In this document: one piece after another, positions 10,060-20,181 of the stretch | How the letters are laid out: every line of letters begins with the position of its first letter | How positions within the stretch are numbered: position 1 is the stretch's first letter | Source of the DNA: Candidatus Thorarchaeota archaeon | GTDB lineage: Archaea > Asgardarchaeota > Thorarchaeia > Thorarchaeales > Thorarchaeaceae | NCBI GenBank assembly: GCA_011364905.1 | Contig: RDNZ01000013.1 | Location: forward strand, 1 to 62,335 | Reading direction: 5' to 3' | Length of the DNA stretch: 62,335 nt | The notes under the pieces: model-generated | Seen by the model: the letters and a program-made list of their open reading frames with translations, nothing else | The model's database searches: none | Told to the model about the DNA's origin: nothing | Position numbers and translations under genes: made by a program

Positions 10060-10272
10060 TTATCCACTGCTTCCCGACGCCATGGCCAGTGTGATCACGT
10101 GGGCTAGCACCGTGCCTATCAGGAGCATGGCCGCTATTATCACGACCATCGTCGGCCCCACCTTGATGCCTGGCGTCTCGTCTTCGAAGAACCTTATTAG
10201 CCCAGCGCCTCCGCTTGGCATCGGGCCTTCCCCACGTTTCTTCCTTCTTTTCTTCGCGGTCTTTGGCATCAA
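10060..10272 (-). CDS. secG: Preprotein translocase subunit Sec61beta/SecG
   Basis: Basic N-terminus, GAGLIRFFEDETPGIKVGP, single TM. Confidence 0.93.
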   Translation of the reverse strand: MMPKTAKKRRKKRGEGPMPSGGAGLIRFFEDETPGIKVGPTMVVIIAAMLLIGTVLAHVITLAMASGSSG

Positions 10273-10356
10273 GTGTCACCTTACATAAAGGATACTTGCT
10301 CTCACTCTGTGAGGTTTATTAAGTCTTCCAATGGTCGAAGGTCCGTCTGCTTGTTG

Positions 10357-10818
10357 CTAAGACTCTGAGAACAGAGCCCCGACAGCCTTGTATAGATACC
10401 CCATAAGGATGAGCAGAACTGCACTAGGAATGAGTGCAAGTGTAACATATACCTCATACGTTAAAATTGGGACCAGTATCTGTGAGACTGTCAGTCCCAG
10501 GAATACATAGATACCAGTCATTACGTTCAGAATTATCCCGTGAATCAACAATCGTAGCCATGTTCCTTGCACATCCAAATCCCATAACCAATGGCAGACG
10601 GATACATTGACCCAAGCGAGTGCGATGCCGACAATAAGATAATAGATGATGGAGCTAATAACACCAAGCAAGAATCCCCCAAGAGCTAGGAACATCCAGC
10701 CAGCGAAGTGTGCTGGCCACATTGCCAGGCTAAACACGAGTCCATGAAGAAAATACTTGGCAACTATCTCTTTGCGTGATAGTTCGGATGACTGCGATTC
10801 TACGTGTGAAACTCCCAT
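10357..10818 (-). CDS. Hypothetical 4-TM membrane protein
   Basis: 153 aa hydrophobic ORF with GGTATG-type start context; no recognised motif. Confidence 0.65.
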   Translation of the reverse strand: MGVSHVESQSSELSRKEIVAKYFLHGLVFSLAMWPAHFAGWMFLALGGFLLGVISSIIYYLIVGIALAWVNVSVCHWLWDLDVQGTWLRLLIHGIILNVMTGIYVFLGLTVSQILVPILTYEVYVTLALIPSAVLLILMGYLYKAVGALFSES

Positions 10819-10903
10819 ACCTGTCCTACTGCCAATCCTGACTTTTAAAGAGTGACTTCAATCGGTGAACCAACTCAGGAACCGTACAGTGGGTGATGAT
10901 GAT

Positions 10904-11167
10904 TCATACTCTTTGAAAATCGCCCATCACCGTACACAAATCCTTCTTTGTACACCATCGTTCCAGTTTTTCATCAAGGGCTCTCATCATGAAGTCGTTG
11001 CCTATCTTATGTCTGCACCGCGCGCAGGTCCAGTCCTCGAAGACCTCATCCTCCTGCGCCAACTCAAAGGTCTGTATGTTCGTTGCCCCCTCAAACTCAA
11101 TGATTGCAACGATACCCTCTCTGAAAGTCTTGATGAACCTTCTTCGATCACAAGTGCCGCAGTACAT
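10904..11167 (-). CDS. Small putative zinc-binding protein (two CxxC)
   Basis: CGTC and CARC pairs; GAGAGG upstream. Confidence 0.55.
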   Translation of the reverse strand: MYCGTCDRRRFIKTFREGIVAIIEFEGATNIQTFELAQEDEVFEDWTCARCRHKIGNDFMMRALDEKLERWCTKKDLCTVMGDFQRV

Positions 11168-11250
11168 GGTCTTTCAGTCCTCTCAGTCCGGGTAGGAACA
11201 ACTACTCTCACTTCTCTGATTGCTGACCAGGCCTTTTGAGCACCTATGAG

Positions 11251-11592
11251 TCACTCTGCCTGCTTGTCAATCTCGAACTCTCCTAGCGTAAGAATTCCCT
11301 CAAGTGTCCTTAGAGTAATGAAAGTGACAAGTTGATGGACTAGAAGTAGACTCAGCACCACAGTCACCAGAAGGTACGCGATAAGATAAATGTAATATAA
11401 ACTGAAGAAGATTCTAGAGATGTAGGACTGAAATAAAACAGCCATCCAAGCCAACCAGAGGATGCCATATGCACTTAGTCCTCGACGGTTCTTTTTCTTT
11501 GCCTCTAGGAAGGCAGGTTCCGAAATATATCGTACTCTGTAATTAGTCAGACTCGTCACCCTCAAATACTGATAGTAATATGATGATTTCAA
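11251..11592 (-). CDS. Hypothetical 2-TM membrane protein, possibly the remnant of a longer decayed gene
   Basis: Two hydrophobic segments; the upstream 11600-11890 region reads as broken hydrophobic frames. Confidence 0.35.
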   Translation of the reverse strand: MKSSYYYQYLRVTSLTNYRVRYISEPAFLEAKKKNRRGLSAYGILWLAWMAVLFQSYISRIFFSLYYIYLIAYLLVTVVLSLLLVHQLVTFITLRTLEGILTLGEFEIDKQAE

Positions 11593-12035
11593 ACTATCTA
11601 ATGAATGACTGGTTTTTTAAAATCTAATCCAAGTAAGGTAACCCCATCTTTTTGAACACCTATGAGGTCAGAATCATGAAAGAGCCAAACAGAATGGTCA
11701 TCAATCTTGGAGTTGCGATAATTCGGTTCATATAATTGTCGACAAAACCGTTATGCCATATGACACAGGTCCGTAAAGACAACCAGAGTCTTTTCAGGTC
11801 ATGAAAAAAGTACAGCGCCTCCAAACATACCTAACAATACAATGATCAACACAATGATCATCGCCAACCAACATCTGCGTTCCATAGCCATTCTGCCCGC
11901 ATGTAGTGTGTTAGGTCTTTTCAAAATGAGCTATATCACATTATACAAGCCAAGGTAATCCATACCAAACCATATTACGCCCCGAATAACCCCAGAAGAC
12001 ATATATCAGAGTCCGCCGTTCAACCGACTGGGGTT

Positions 12036-13334
12036 ATGGGAATGCTACGCGGTCCTCGTACCAAACTATTGTTCTTGGTAGTCCTTTTACTGACACCGAT
12101 GATGTTCATTGGTAATATGGAAGTGGGCGTGATCGAATCCGTTGATAGTAGTGTGCTTAGTCAAAGCGCAGGATGGCTTGCTGGGTGGCAGTACAGGAAA
12201 TCCCACGCCATCGAAGGGTCCGTTGGAGCTGGGACCAACTACCAAGTGCGAATCACAGTCCACAGAACAACAGGACCAGACTCTGGTGAGCATGTCTACG
12301 TTGGTACCGATTGTAGAGCTGACTTTGGGGATATCAGGTTCACCGATGATGACGGAATCACTCTACTTGATTACTGGATGCAGGAGTCAAGTTCAGATAC
12401 CACCAGCTTTTGGGTTGAGATTGCTGACACTCTTGATGTCAACGCTGAGATTTTCATCTACTACGGCAATGATGTTGCAGGCAGTACTTCTGATGGGAGT
12501 TCGACATTTCCGTTATTTGATGATTTTGACAGAGTTGATAGCGATAATGTGGGAGGAGGCTGGTTTGATGATTGTGGCGATGGCGATAACGACATTGAGA
12601 ATAATATCCTGAAAACTGTGCAAAATGAAAATGAGTTTTGTCACATCGAGAAGTCCGCACCATTACTCTTGAACTTTGCAGTTCATGGGAAGTTAAAACA
12701 ACATGCTGTGGCTCCTGCGAGTTGGAAAATGGCAGTTGGTATTTATTGGGGCGCAGGAACATGGGCGAAGATAGGATGGAGGTCCAATGATAATTTCGAA
12801 GCCAATCTTTACGTTGATGGTTCATTTGATTCGGGTGCTTTATCATATACCAATCTGGATGACAGTTGGTGCTATTACAAAATTGAGGTCTCATCTACAT
12901 CAGTCGATTTCTATTATTCTCTTAATGGAGTCTCATGGGTGTTAGTTCATAGTACCAGTAGAGCTTCAGCTACCACTAACATCCCATCACTGATCATTAT
13001 TGGGAAGGGGTACGAGAACCCATCTACTGGATATTCAAATCCAGATTGGGATAATAATTATGCACTGGCCGGTTCTGAGTATACAAACTACGCTGATGAT
13101 ATATTTGTGAGAAAATTCATTGATGTTGCACCAATTCATAGTTCATGGAGTGAAGAAGAAAGCGAGAATCAAGCAACTACTCCCCCTCCTCCTCCCGGTC
13201 CTGAAGGGTCTGACTGGGTGTTTATAGTGATCATTGGTGGTGGAGGACTCGGTGTTGTGGCAATTGTCATCATTATAATTATCTCAAAGAAGCAAGGTGG
13301 GGGAGGAACCCCCGCAGGAGAATACGAGTGGTAA
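12036..13334 (+). CDS. DUF2341-domain cell-surface protein with lectin/LamG-like beta domain and C-terminal TM anchor
   Basis: Signal peptide, GWQYRK...DFGDIRFTDDDG...LDYW...FWV...YYGN (DUF2341), Pro-rich linker, TM. Confidence 0.8.
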   Translation: MGMLRGPRTKLLFLVVLLLTPMMFIGNMEVGVIESVDSSVLSQSAGWLAGWQYRKSHAIEGSVGAGTNYQVRITVHRTTGPDSGEHVYVGTDCRADFGDIRFTDDDGITLLDYWMQESSSDTTSFWVEIADTLDVNAEIFIYYGNDVAGSTSDGSSTFPLFDDFDRVDSDNVGGGWFDDCGDGDNDIENNILKTVQNENEFCHIEKSAPLLLNFAVHGKLKQHAVAPASWKMAVGIYWGAGTWAKIGWRSNDNFEANLYVDGSFDSGALSYTNLDDSWCYYKIEVSSTSVDFYYSLNGVSWVLVHSTSRASATTNIPSLIIIGKGYENPSTGYSNPDWDNNYALAGSEYTNYADDIFVRKFIDVAPIHSSWSEEESENQATTPPPPPGPEGSDWVFIVIIGGGGLGVVAIVIIIIISKKQGGGGTPAGEYEW

Positions 13335-13435
13335 CAACTAGAGTAGGACGATAGTGAACTGTCTACCTAATTGTTATGTGATTTTCCTCATTGTTTTGTC
13401 TGCATGAATCCTGTTCTACATTGATGACTTTATTG

Positions 13436-14899
13436 TCAGTCGGCTGGCTCTCTCCAAGTCTGTGTCTGGCCCTTGCTTCGTCGATATAGTCGCTTTATGT
13501 GTCGTAGAAGATTGGCCAGATATCTGTGCTCTCGATCATAGATCTGCTCAAGCACATGCTCTCTGGAGAGGAGAACTTCGCGCTCATGCTCTCTGACCTC
13601 CTTCGGAGAGAATATCACATACACTGGAATTCCTATGCCTAGAATCAGCATGCCCACCAATAGCTGGTCAAGGCTGCACTGCATGATGAGATAGATACAG
13701 AAGACAAAACCAGCGAGAGGAATCGCCAATCTGCGTAAGGGCGACTGAATCTCACCAAGTTCTCTGTCCAGTCTAGGCACAGAAACACATGTCGAAGCGT
13801 AGGCAATTGATAGGAAGAGGACTGAGACACCGATCAGGAAGTTCAGGTTGCCAAGTATCGATGCGATGAGTGCAGTGACAGACTGAAGAATTATGGATAC
13901 GTAGGGAGTTTTGTACTTGTGGTGGGTCTTTGCAAAGGCTGATGGAAACAGACCCTCGACGGCAAGGGCATATGCCAGACTGGATGACCCAATCATCCCT
14001 GACTCATCCGAACCACTCACAGATGCGAGTGCACCAATACCTAGGATGAGGCCTCCGATGATTCCAAGACTTGGGATGACACCAAAGAGAACCGTAGCGG
14101 CACTAGCAAGCGGGGCGGTTTCGACAGCAAGCTGGTCTGAGGGAACTATCCCAAACAGCACTATGTTTGTTGTTAGGTAGAATACCGTGACAATAGATAT
14201 CCCAATAATGAGCGCTCTGGGTATTGTCCTCTCGGGATTCTCAATGCTATCTGATGGGATTGTGGACACCTCGAAACCCGCAAATGCCCAGAAGATGACA
14301 ATGAGGGCTGAGCCAATGTCACCCACGCCAAATGGGGCAAAAGGAGTGTAGTTGGCAACCATTGTGGCAGGACTGAACAGGAAGAAGACTATTCCGCCAA
14401 TCGAGAACAGGATCAACGGTACGAGCTTGACGAGTGTCAGAGCGTCGTTGGTCTGACCCGCTGCCTTTGCACCTACTATGTTCGTTGTGGCTAGAACAGC
14501 TACAAATGCAATCTTGATGAGTATCTGGACCATAATGCTGAGGTTCGGGATGAAGAAGAGCAAGTACCGGACAAATGCGATAGGAAACACAGCAAGTGAG
14601 ACCCACTCTGCAATCCAGAGTGACCAACCAACAACAAAACCAGCAAATGGGCCATACGCCTCCTTTGTGTAGGCAAAAGGCCCACCGACACCTGTCACTA
14701 GCGATGCACAGCGAGCAAAGGAGAGTGCTATAATTACGGTCATCATCCCAGCTAGAGCCCAGACGACAAGTGATAGCGGTCCCATTGCGGCTGCGCCTAT
14801 TGATGAAACGACATAGATGTCTGCGCCGATAATGCCACCGATCACAAGATTCGTGACATCGAAGGTTGTCAGCTTCGATGTGAGTTCAGCTCGGGTCAT
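13436..14899 (-). CDS. APC-family amino acid permease
   Basis: GGIIGADIY, GGPFAY, FWAFAGFE; about 12 TM. Confidence 0.92.
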   Translation of the reverse strand: MTRAELTSKLTTFDVTNLVIGGIIGADIYVVSSIGAAAMGPLSLVVWALAGMMTVIIALSFARCASLVTGVGGPFAYTKEAYGPFAGFVVGWSLWIAEWVSLAVFPIAFVRYLLFFIPNLSIMVQILIKIAFVAVLATTNIVGAKAAGQTNDALTLVKLVPLILFSIGGIVFFLFSPATMVANYTPFAPFGVGDIGSALIVIFWAFAGFEVSTIPSDSIENPERTIPRALIIGISIVTVFYLTTNIVLFGIVPSDQLAVETAPLASAATVLFGVIPSLGIIGGLILGIGALASVSGSDESGMIGSSSLAYALAVEGLFPSAFAKTHHKYKTPYVSIILQSVTALIASILGNLNFLIGVSVLFLSIAYASTCVSVPRLDRELGEIQSPLRRLAIPLAGFVFCIYLIMQCSLDQLLVGMLILGIGIPVYVIFSPKEVREHEREVLLSREHVLEQIYDREHRYLANLLRHIKRLYRRSKGQTQTWREPAD

Positions 14900-15102
14900 C
14901 CGACATTCACTCCTTAGGTTCGCGTTGCCATCATGACTTCCGGTTGCTCGTTTGATAGTCTAACCTGTATTTAGAGTGACCGAATATTGCTCACCTCATC
15001 TATCAGTCAGCGCGGAACCAACACCTAAGGTTCACAAGAGAAATGTCACAACTCGTTCAGAAACAACATCCGAAAATTCCCGAATTGCTAGCTCTGCTTT
15101 AT

Positions 15103-15396
15103 TCAAAGAGTGTCACATTCGCAAGGACTCTTCTTGCATTTTGAACAAACATCAGTATACTTCTTGTAGAATGCATCAGCAACGTCGATTTCAAGAAGAT
15201 TGGCCAGAGAACAGAGCCAGGCAAAGACATCTGCGACCTCGTCTGCTATGAAATCCTTTGTTTCGGTGTTATCTATGGCTTCTCTCAACTCGTTCAGTTC
15301 GTCGAAAGTTCTGTTGAGTGTCCCGGATACCCCTCGGGCTCGGTCTCTCTCAAAGTAGGTCCTCCGCATCATGTCCTGTGCTTCTTCGATTCTCAA
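15103..15396 (-). CDS. MazG-like nucleotide pyrophosphohydrolase
   Basis: ELNELREAI...DEVADVFAWLCSLAN; C-terminal CSKCKKSPCEC. Confidence 0.9.
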   Translation of the reverse strand: MRIEEAQDMMRRTYFERDRARGVSGTLNRTFDELNELREAIDNTETKDFIADEVADVFAWLCSLANLLEIDVADAFYKKYTDVCSKCKKSPCECDTL

Positions 15397-15434
15397 TGAA
15401 TCTCCTCCAAAGAGGTCCTGTTTCTTGTCGGATT

Positions 15435-16757
15435 CTATTTGAACCTCAGGTGTGCATATGCAGGAGTCTCTGTATCGAAGGCATAGTGGACCTTCTGATA
15501 GTCCTTCCTGAACTCAGTCACCTCAGCCGCTATTTTCTTGACATCTTCGCCCTTCATCACAACACGGGTCAAGAACTCCGCGACTGCGTCCATCTCGGAC
15601 TCCTTCATGCCGAGTCTAGTCATTTCACTTGTGCCCAAACGGATTCCACCGGGTGTCCTGTAATCACGGCCTCTCTTCTTGTCCCATGGTAAGAGATTCC
15701 GGTTGATTATGATGTTGGCATCCTCTAATCTCTCTTCAACGGTTGCTCCATCTTTCATTGGCGTTTCGGTTATGTCCACCAAGATGACATGGGACTCTGT
15801 GAAACCTTTGTGTTCCCCTATCACGTGCCATCCACGTTCGTGTAGGGATTGAGCGAGTGCCTTTGCGTTCTTCATAATCTGCTTGCTGTATTCAACTCCA
15901 AACTCGGTCATCTCTGCCAGCGCGACAGCAAGTCCAGCTACATTATGCAGATGGTGATTACTAAGCAGTCCAGGGAATGAAGCTCGTTTAATCCGGTCTG
16001 CGAACTCCTCCTTTGCTAGTACGATTCCATGCTGTGGACCGGGCATCGTCTTGTGAGTGGAGGCGGTCATTATGTCAGCTCCCTCTCGCAGGGGGTCTTG
16101 GAAGAAACCAGATGCGATGAGTCCTGAAACATGCGCTGAGTCATAACCAATGATCATCCCATACTCGTCAGCTATCTCACGGAACTCCTTCACTGGGTGT
16201 GGGAACGGAAACACACTTGCTCCAAAGAGGAGAAACTTGACCTCGTCACCCCTTTCCTGAAGGTTTCTGATGAGTTTGATACTCGCATCAACATCGATGT
16301 TGAACTCCTCATCATCGAAGACCCAATTGCGCACCTTATGTCCGCGTATCTGACCAGCAGTTCCACCAAGATCTTTTCTCGCATGAGAGATATGTCCCCC
16401 ATGGGCGATGGACAGAGCCATCATTCTCTCCATGGGCTCCATCGCTGCGGTATACATGGCAAGGTTTGCAACTACTCCTGAGATTGGTCTGACATCTGCA
16501 AATTCAGCATTGTACAGTTTCTTCGCAAGGTCTATGGTGATGAGCTCCACTTGGTCTATGTATTTGCAGCCTGCATAGACCCGTTCACCCGGCCAGCCCT
16601 CTGCATACCGGTCTCTAAAGTCACAAACGATTGCAGACCGTACGGCTGGTGAACTGACATTCTCACTAGCTATTAGGTTGATGGTCTTGCTCATCCAGTT
16701 ATCATGCTTTTCCATTAAATCAAAAACTTGATCGTAAAGCTTCTTGTGCTCGCTCAA
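15435..16757 (-). CDS. glyA: Serine hydroxymethyltransferase
   Basis: LIASEN, YAEGWPGERVYAG, GGHISH, STHKT (PLP lysine), GIRLGT. Confidence 0.97.
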   Translation of the reverse strand: MSEHKKLYDQVFDLMEKHDNWMSKTINLIASENVSSPAVRSAIVCDFRDRYAEGWPGERVYAGCKYIDQVELITIDLAKKLYNAEFADVRPISGVVANLAMYTAAMEPMERMMALSIAHGGHISHARKDLGGTAGQIRGHKVRNWVFDDEEFNIDVDASIKLIRNLQERGDEVKFLLFGASVFPFPHPVKEFREIADEYGMIIGYDSAHVSGLIASGFFQDPLREGADIMTASTHKTMPGPQHGIVLAKEEFADRIKRASFPGLLSNHHLHNVAGLAVALAEMTEFGVEYSKQIMKNAKALAQSLHERGWHVIGEHKGFTESHVILVDITETPMKDGATVEERLEDANIIINRNLLPWDKKRGRDYRTPGGIRLGTSEMTRLGMKESEMDAVAEFLTRVVMKGEDVKKIAAEVTEFRKDYQKVHYAFDTETPAYAHLRFK

Positions 16758-16989
16758 ACATGAGCCTCCTTATCCTGAAGACAATGGCCGCTAGGCTGGT
16801 ATTCGTTATATGGCTTGTGTCAGCGCCATTCTATCGTAATATTTCGGTATAGTTAGGCAGTTGATTTTGTCGAGCATAACCAACTATCATACACAGAAAG
16901 AAGTTGGACAGGAATCAGTACAAACCATTTGGAATAGGATTGTTTAATGTCACTGTTGTGCCTGTCCAATCTCTCGCATCGTCAATGCA

Positions 16990-17139
16990 TTACATGTGTT
17001 TCATGTATTTCATTGGATTTTCATCGAACTTCTTCTTGCACATCTCATTGCAGAAGTAATACTTCTTGCCCATATGCTCTGACACATATTTTGCAGTCCT
17101 TTCGTCGACATCCATTCCACAAACCGGATCTTTTTCCAT
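16990..17139 (-). CDS. YHS/TRASH-domain metal (copper) chaperone-like protein, 49 aa
   Basis: Manual translation MEKDPVCGMDVDERTAKYVSEHMGKKYYFCNEMCKKKFDENPMKYMKHM; GAGGTGA SD; below the ORF-track cutoff. Confidence 0.9.
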   Translation of the reverse strand: MEKDPVCGMDVDERTAKYVSEHMGKKYYFCNEMCKKKFDENPMKYMKHM

Positions 17140-17437
17140 TACTCAGATCACCTCACTCGCGCTTGAACAGTTGGTACTTGACGTGCTCTTCTTTCAAGAA
17201 TCCTGAAGCAGTCGATATTCGATATAATACAAGAGAATCCTTTCTTGAACCACACGTATCATTTTCCAAAATATCACTGACGTAATACTACCTTGTCGGA
17301 AATTATATAAATATATCGACATAGATATATCTCACAAGATACTTACATGATTAGTTGGACTGTATTGGCAGTGCAATCATTATTGTATCATCTGCAATTC
17401 AAGTCACACTCGTATTGAAACAGGAGAACGAATAGTA

Positions 17438-17689
17438 ATGGGATGTGGAAATAAACACGGAAGACGAACCAGACGGTCCGAATGGAAACAATATCGTGCT
17501 ACTCCTAGAAGCACTAACAGAGAAACTATTCTGATGCCCCTGGTTCCAGAAAATTGTTCTAACTGCGGTGCCAGCATCATACCCGAGAAAGTCAACTGGA
17601 TTGGTCCAAATTGTGTGGAATGTCCATTCTGTGGGCAAGCACTCACAGTTCATTTTGAAAAAGTAAGTGATGAAATACGAACAGGGTGA
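17438..17689 (+). CDS. Zinc-ribbon protein, probably the C-terminal fragment of a disrupted gene
   Basis: PENCSNCGA...WIGP...ECPFCG; the N-terminus looks non-native. Confidence 0.45.
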   Translation: MGCGNKHGRRTRRSEWKQYRATPRSTNRETILMPLVPENCSNCGASIIPEKVNWIGPNCVECPFCGQALTVHFEKVSDEIRTG

Positions 17690-17693
17690 GTGG

Positions 17694-18287
17694 ATGTTTG
17701 AAGGTCTGTTTTACATAGTCCTCCTCTCAGACATTCTACTCCTTCTTGGTGTTGTTTTCAGTGTGGCTTTTCCAAAGCACCGAATCTGGCCACCTCCGAG
17801 TAAGTCTTCATGGCAGTACTGGGTATCGTGGTTCTTTATCATAATATCTTCAGTAGGAGTTCCGGTAATTGGGCTCCTAGATCTTGGAACATTGTGGCAG
17901 CTTCATTGGATATGGCTTACAGTTGGTGGTGTTTGGGTCCTAATCTCTGCAATCCTGAGCTACTGGGGGCTCAGAACACTTAGTCTTCACCAGAGCCTTG
18001 GACTTGAAGGCAAGCTCATTACCACCGGTCCTTACAGATATACACGCAATCCTCAGTATGTTGCCCTTATCCTCTTCTACCTCTCTGTGATTCTTATTAC
18101 CGGATCGTACCTAGCTCTCGTGACTGGAAGTCTATTGATCTTGATGTATGCCATAACTCCCTTTAGCGAAGAACCGTGGCTTGAGGAACAGTTTGGTACA
18201 GACTACCTGAGGTATCGCAGCGAGGTGCCCAGATTTATTGGCCTTAGGTCAATCAAACCAAAGCGATTGGTTACCAGGGGGAATTGA
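17694..18287 (+). CDS. Isoprenylcysteine carboxylmethyltransferase/PEMT family membrane methyltransferase
   Basis: LITTGPYRYTRNPQY, EEPWLEEQFG.DY..Y...VPRF. Confidence 0.9.
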   Translation: MFEGLFYIVLLSDILLLLGVVFSVAFPKHRIWPPPSKSSWQYWVSWFFIIISSVGVPVIGLLDLGTLWQLHWIWLTVGGVWVLISAILSYWGLRTLSLHQSLGLEGKLITTGPYRYTRNPQYVALILFYLSVILITGSYLALVTGSLLILMYAITPFSEEPWLEEQFGTDYLRYRSEVPRFIGLRSIKPKRLVTRGN

Positions 18288-18320
18288 AAACGAGTTTCAG
18301 TGTGAGGAGGATGATTTGTA

Positions 18321-18932
18321 CTATTCTCGAGTCTGGTGGGTCTTGGCTCGCGTTAAATACGCCCTCGCACCACCTTGGTGAATCCTCGACTCGAAAATGG
18401 TATCATGAATGTAGTCAATCCGAAATCCAGGTTCCAACGTTTTTCTGATCTTTTCTTTCGATACTCTCCTTGGGCCAAAACCCGGTGGCTCTTTATCAGA
18501 GAAGCAGAGCATGTAGTAGACACCACCGGGCCTTAGTACATGTCTGACTTGTCGGACAAACTGGTCTAGGTCTTCGGATCGAATCGAATGGAACAGTCCA
18601 GAGTCAATGACATAGTCAAAGGAGTTTGCCTCAAAGAACCGCTCCAGATCAAGAACATTCCCTTGCACGAACTCTGCGTCTACTTCATGTTGAGCTGCGC
18701 GGTCTCGGGCAATCTCAACGGCCTCTGGAGTAAAATCGATGCCAACTGCTGAGAATCCTTGCTCTGCGAGGAATATTGTGTTTTCTCCAGGACCGGATCC
18801 AATGTCGAGAACTCTAGATGGTATCAATTCTCCATGCTCAACCAGCTTGACAAAGGCCTGCTGAGGATGGCCCACATCCCATGGGGGGATGGATGAATAA
18901 GAGGCGCTCCATGTGCTCAACTTTATGACCAT
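18321..18932 (-). CDS. Class I SAM-dependent methyltransferase (TPMT-like)
   Basis: PPWDVGHPQ, VLDIGSGPG, DSGLFH, LRPGG. Confidence 0.9.
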   Translation of the reverse strand: MVIKLSTWSASYSSIPPWDVGHPQQAFVKLVEHGELIPSRVLDIGSGPGENTIFLAEQGFSAVGIDFTPEAVEIARDRAAQHEVDAEFVQGNVLDLERFFEANSFDYVIDSGLFHSIRSEDLDQFVRQVRHVLRPGGVYYMLCFSDKEPPGFGPRRVSKEKIRKTLEPGFRIDYIHDTIFESRIHQGGARAYLTRAKTHQTRE

Positions 18933-18990
18933 ACAATTATTGTATAACAATAGTTAACTATCATATGTTAGATGCAAATAACAAAACCAT

Positions 18991-20076
18991 CTAAGTCCGA
19001 AGTCTGTTATCAGCGATGCGTGAGAAGGTTTCTTCCATCGTTTCAGGTGGAACTATCTCTTTCTCTCGCTTATGAAGACTCATTGCTTGTTCGGGGCAAT
19101 TTGCAGAACAGACACCGCATCCTATGCATCTATCCATATTAACAGTCAAGAGATCATCATGGAATCCTAATGCTCTCATCTGGCAAAGATCCACGCATGT
19201 CCCACAGGAAGTGCAAAGGTCGTGGTCGACTACAGAGTAATAGTTTGTTGAGAAAAACTCCACCGGTTTAGGCATAGCTCCTTTCCCGCGAAGAAGACCA
19301 CAGCAACAGCCGCAGCAGGAACAGATGAACTCAGGTCTCTGTGAATTACTGGGCTGCAAAACTAGACCCTCGCGTTCATTCATTTCGATTATCTCAAACA
19401 GTTCATCCTTGCTTATCTCACGACCCCACCCTTGGTCAATGTACATCTGCGCAAAGACCCCAAAAGAAATACAGGTCTCTTCTCTCTCAGTAACCTTACA
19501 TGGAAACCCAGCAAGATCCTTACGCTGGCGGCAGATACAGCTAGTTACCATGAATGGTCCATCCATTGTGGAAAGCATCGTGCGAAAATCGTCATAGCTT
19601 GTTACTCCATCTTCTGGCTTGATGCTTTTCTCTATGGGGATGACTCTCAGCTGAGTTGGCCGTGCCCTGAACAAGTTCCATCCAAACGCCTCGTTGTTGT
19701 ACTGATGGATATCTTCTGAAATCTCCTTGGTCAGTTTGTTCACTTGGAACTCATAGATGCCGACGACCCATTGGGCACCGCTATAGAACTTCTGATCCGC
19801 TTCAGACTTTGAATGAATTAGTCCTTTGCGTGCCATAGTGGCAAGTCTTTCTTCCAACTCCTCAATAGAAAGACCACTTTCTTTCAGTCGATCAAAGATA
19901 CTCTGCAAGGACTCATTCGGATATGTGGAGTATTTTAGTTGGGTGGCCAATTTGGCCTCCTCCGGCGTGAAAAGCCGTTTTAGAATTCTAATCTCTACAC
20001 CAGACTCAGTGGCGGGGAATCCCGCTGGCATGCTATCGAGGTGTTGCTGCAGTGCTCTATAGACATCGGTATCCAT
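18991..20076 (-). CDS. 4Fe-4S ferredoxin-domain protein with N-terminal wHTH-like region
   Basis: CICR, ICSCCGCCC and two CxxCxxCxxxC motifs. Confidence 0.85.
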   Translation of the reverse strand: MDTDVYRALQQHLDSMPAGFPATESGVEIRILKRLFTPEEAKLATQLKYSTYPNESLQSIFDRLKESGLSIEELEERLATMARKGLIHSKSEADQKFYSGAQWVVGIYEFQVNKLTKEISEDIHQYNNEAFGWNLFRARPTQLRVIPIEKSIKPEDGVTSYDDFRTMLSTMDGPFMVTSCICRQRKDLAGFPCKVTEREETCISFGVFAQMYIDQGWGREISKDELFEIIEMNEREGLVLQPSNSQRPEFICSCCGCCCGLLRGKGAMPKPVEFFSTNYYSVVDHDLCTSCGTCVDLCQMRALGFHDDLLTVNMDRCIGCGVCSANCPEQAMSLHKREKEIVPPETMEETFSRIADNRLRT

Positions 20077-20181
20077 TACAATCTCTCCTCTAACACTCCT
20101 TAGCAATACGTATATCCTACTTAAAAGAGAGGCTTTTGAAGGTTTGATTAAAGAACTGTGATGTTTTATCTTAGAGTATTT

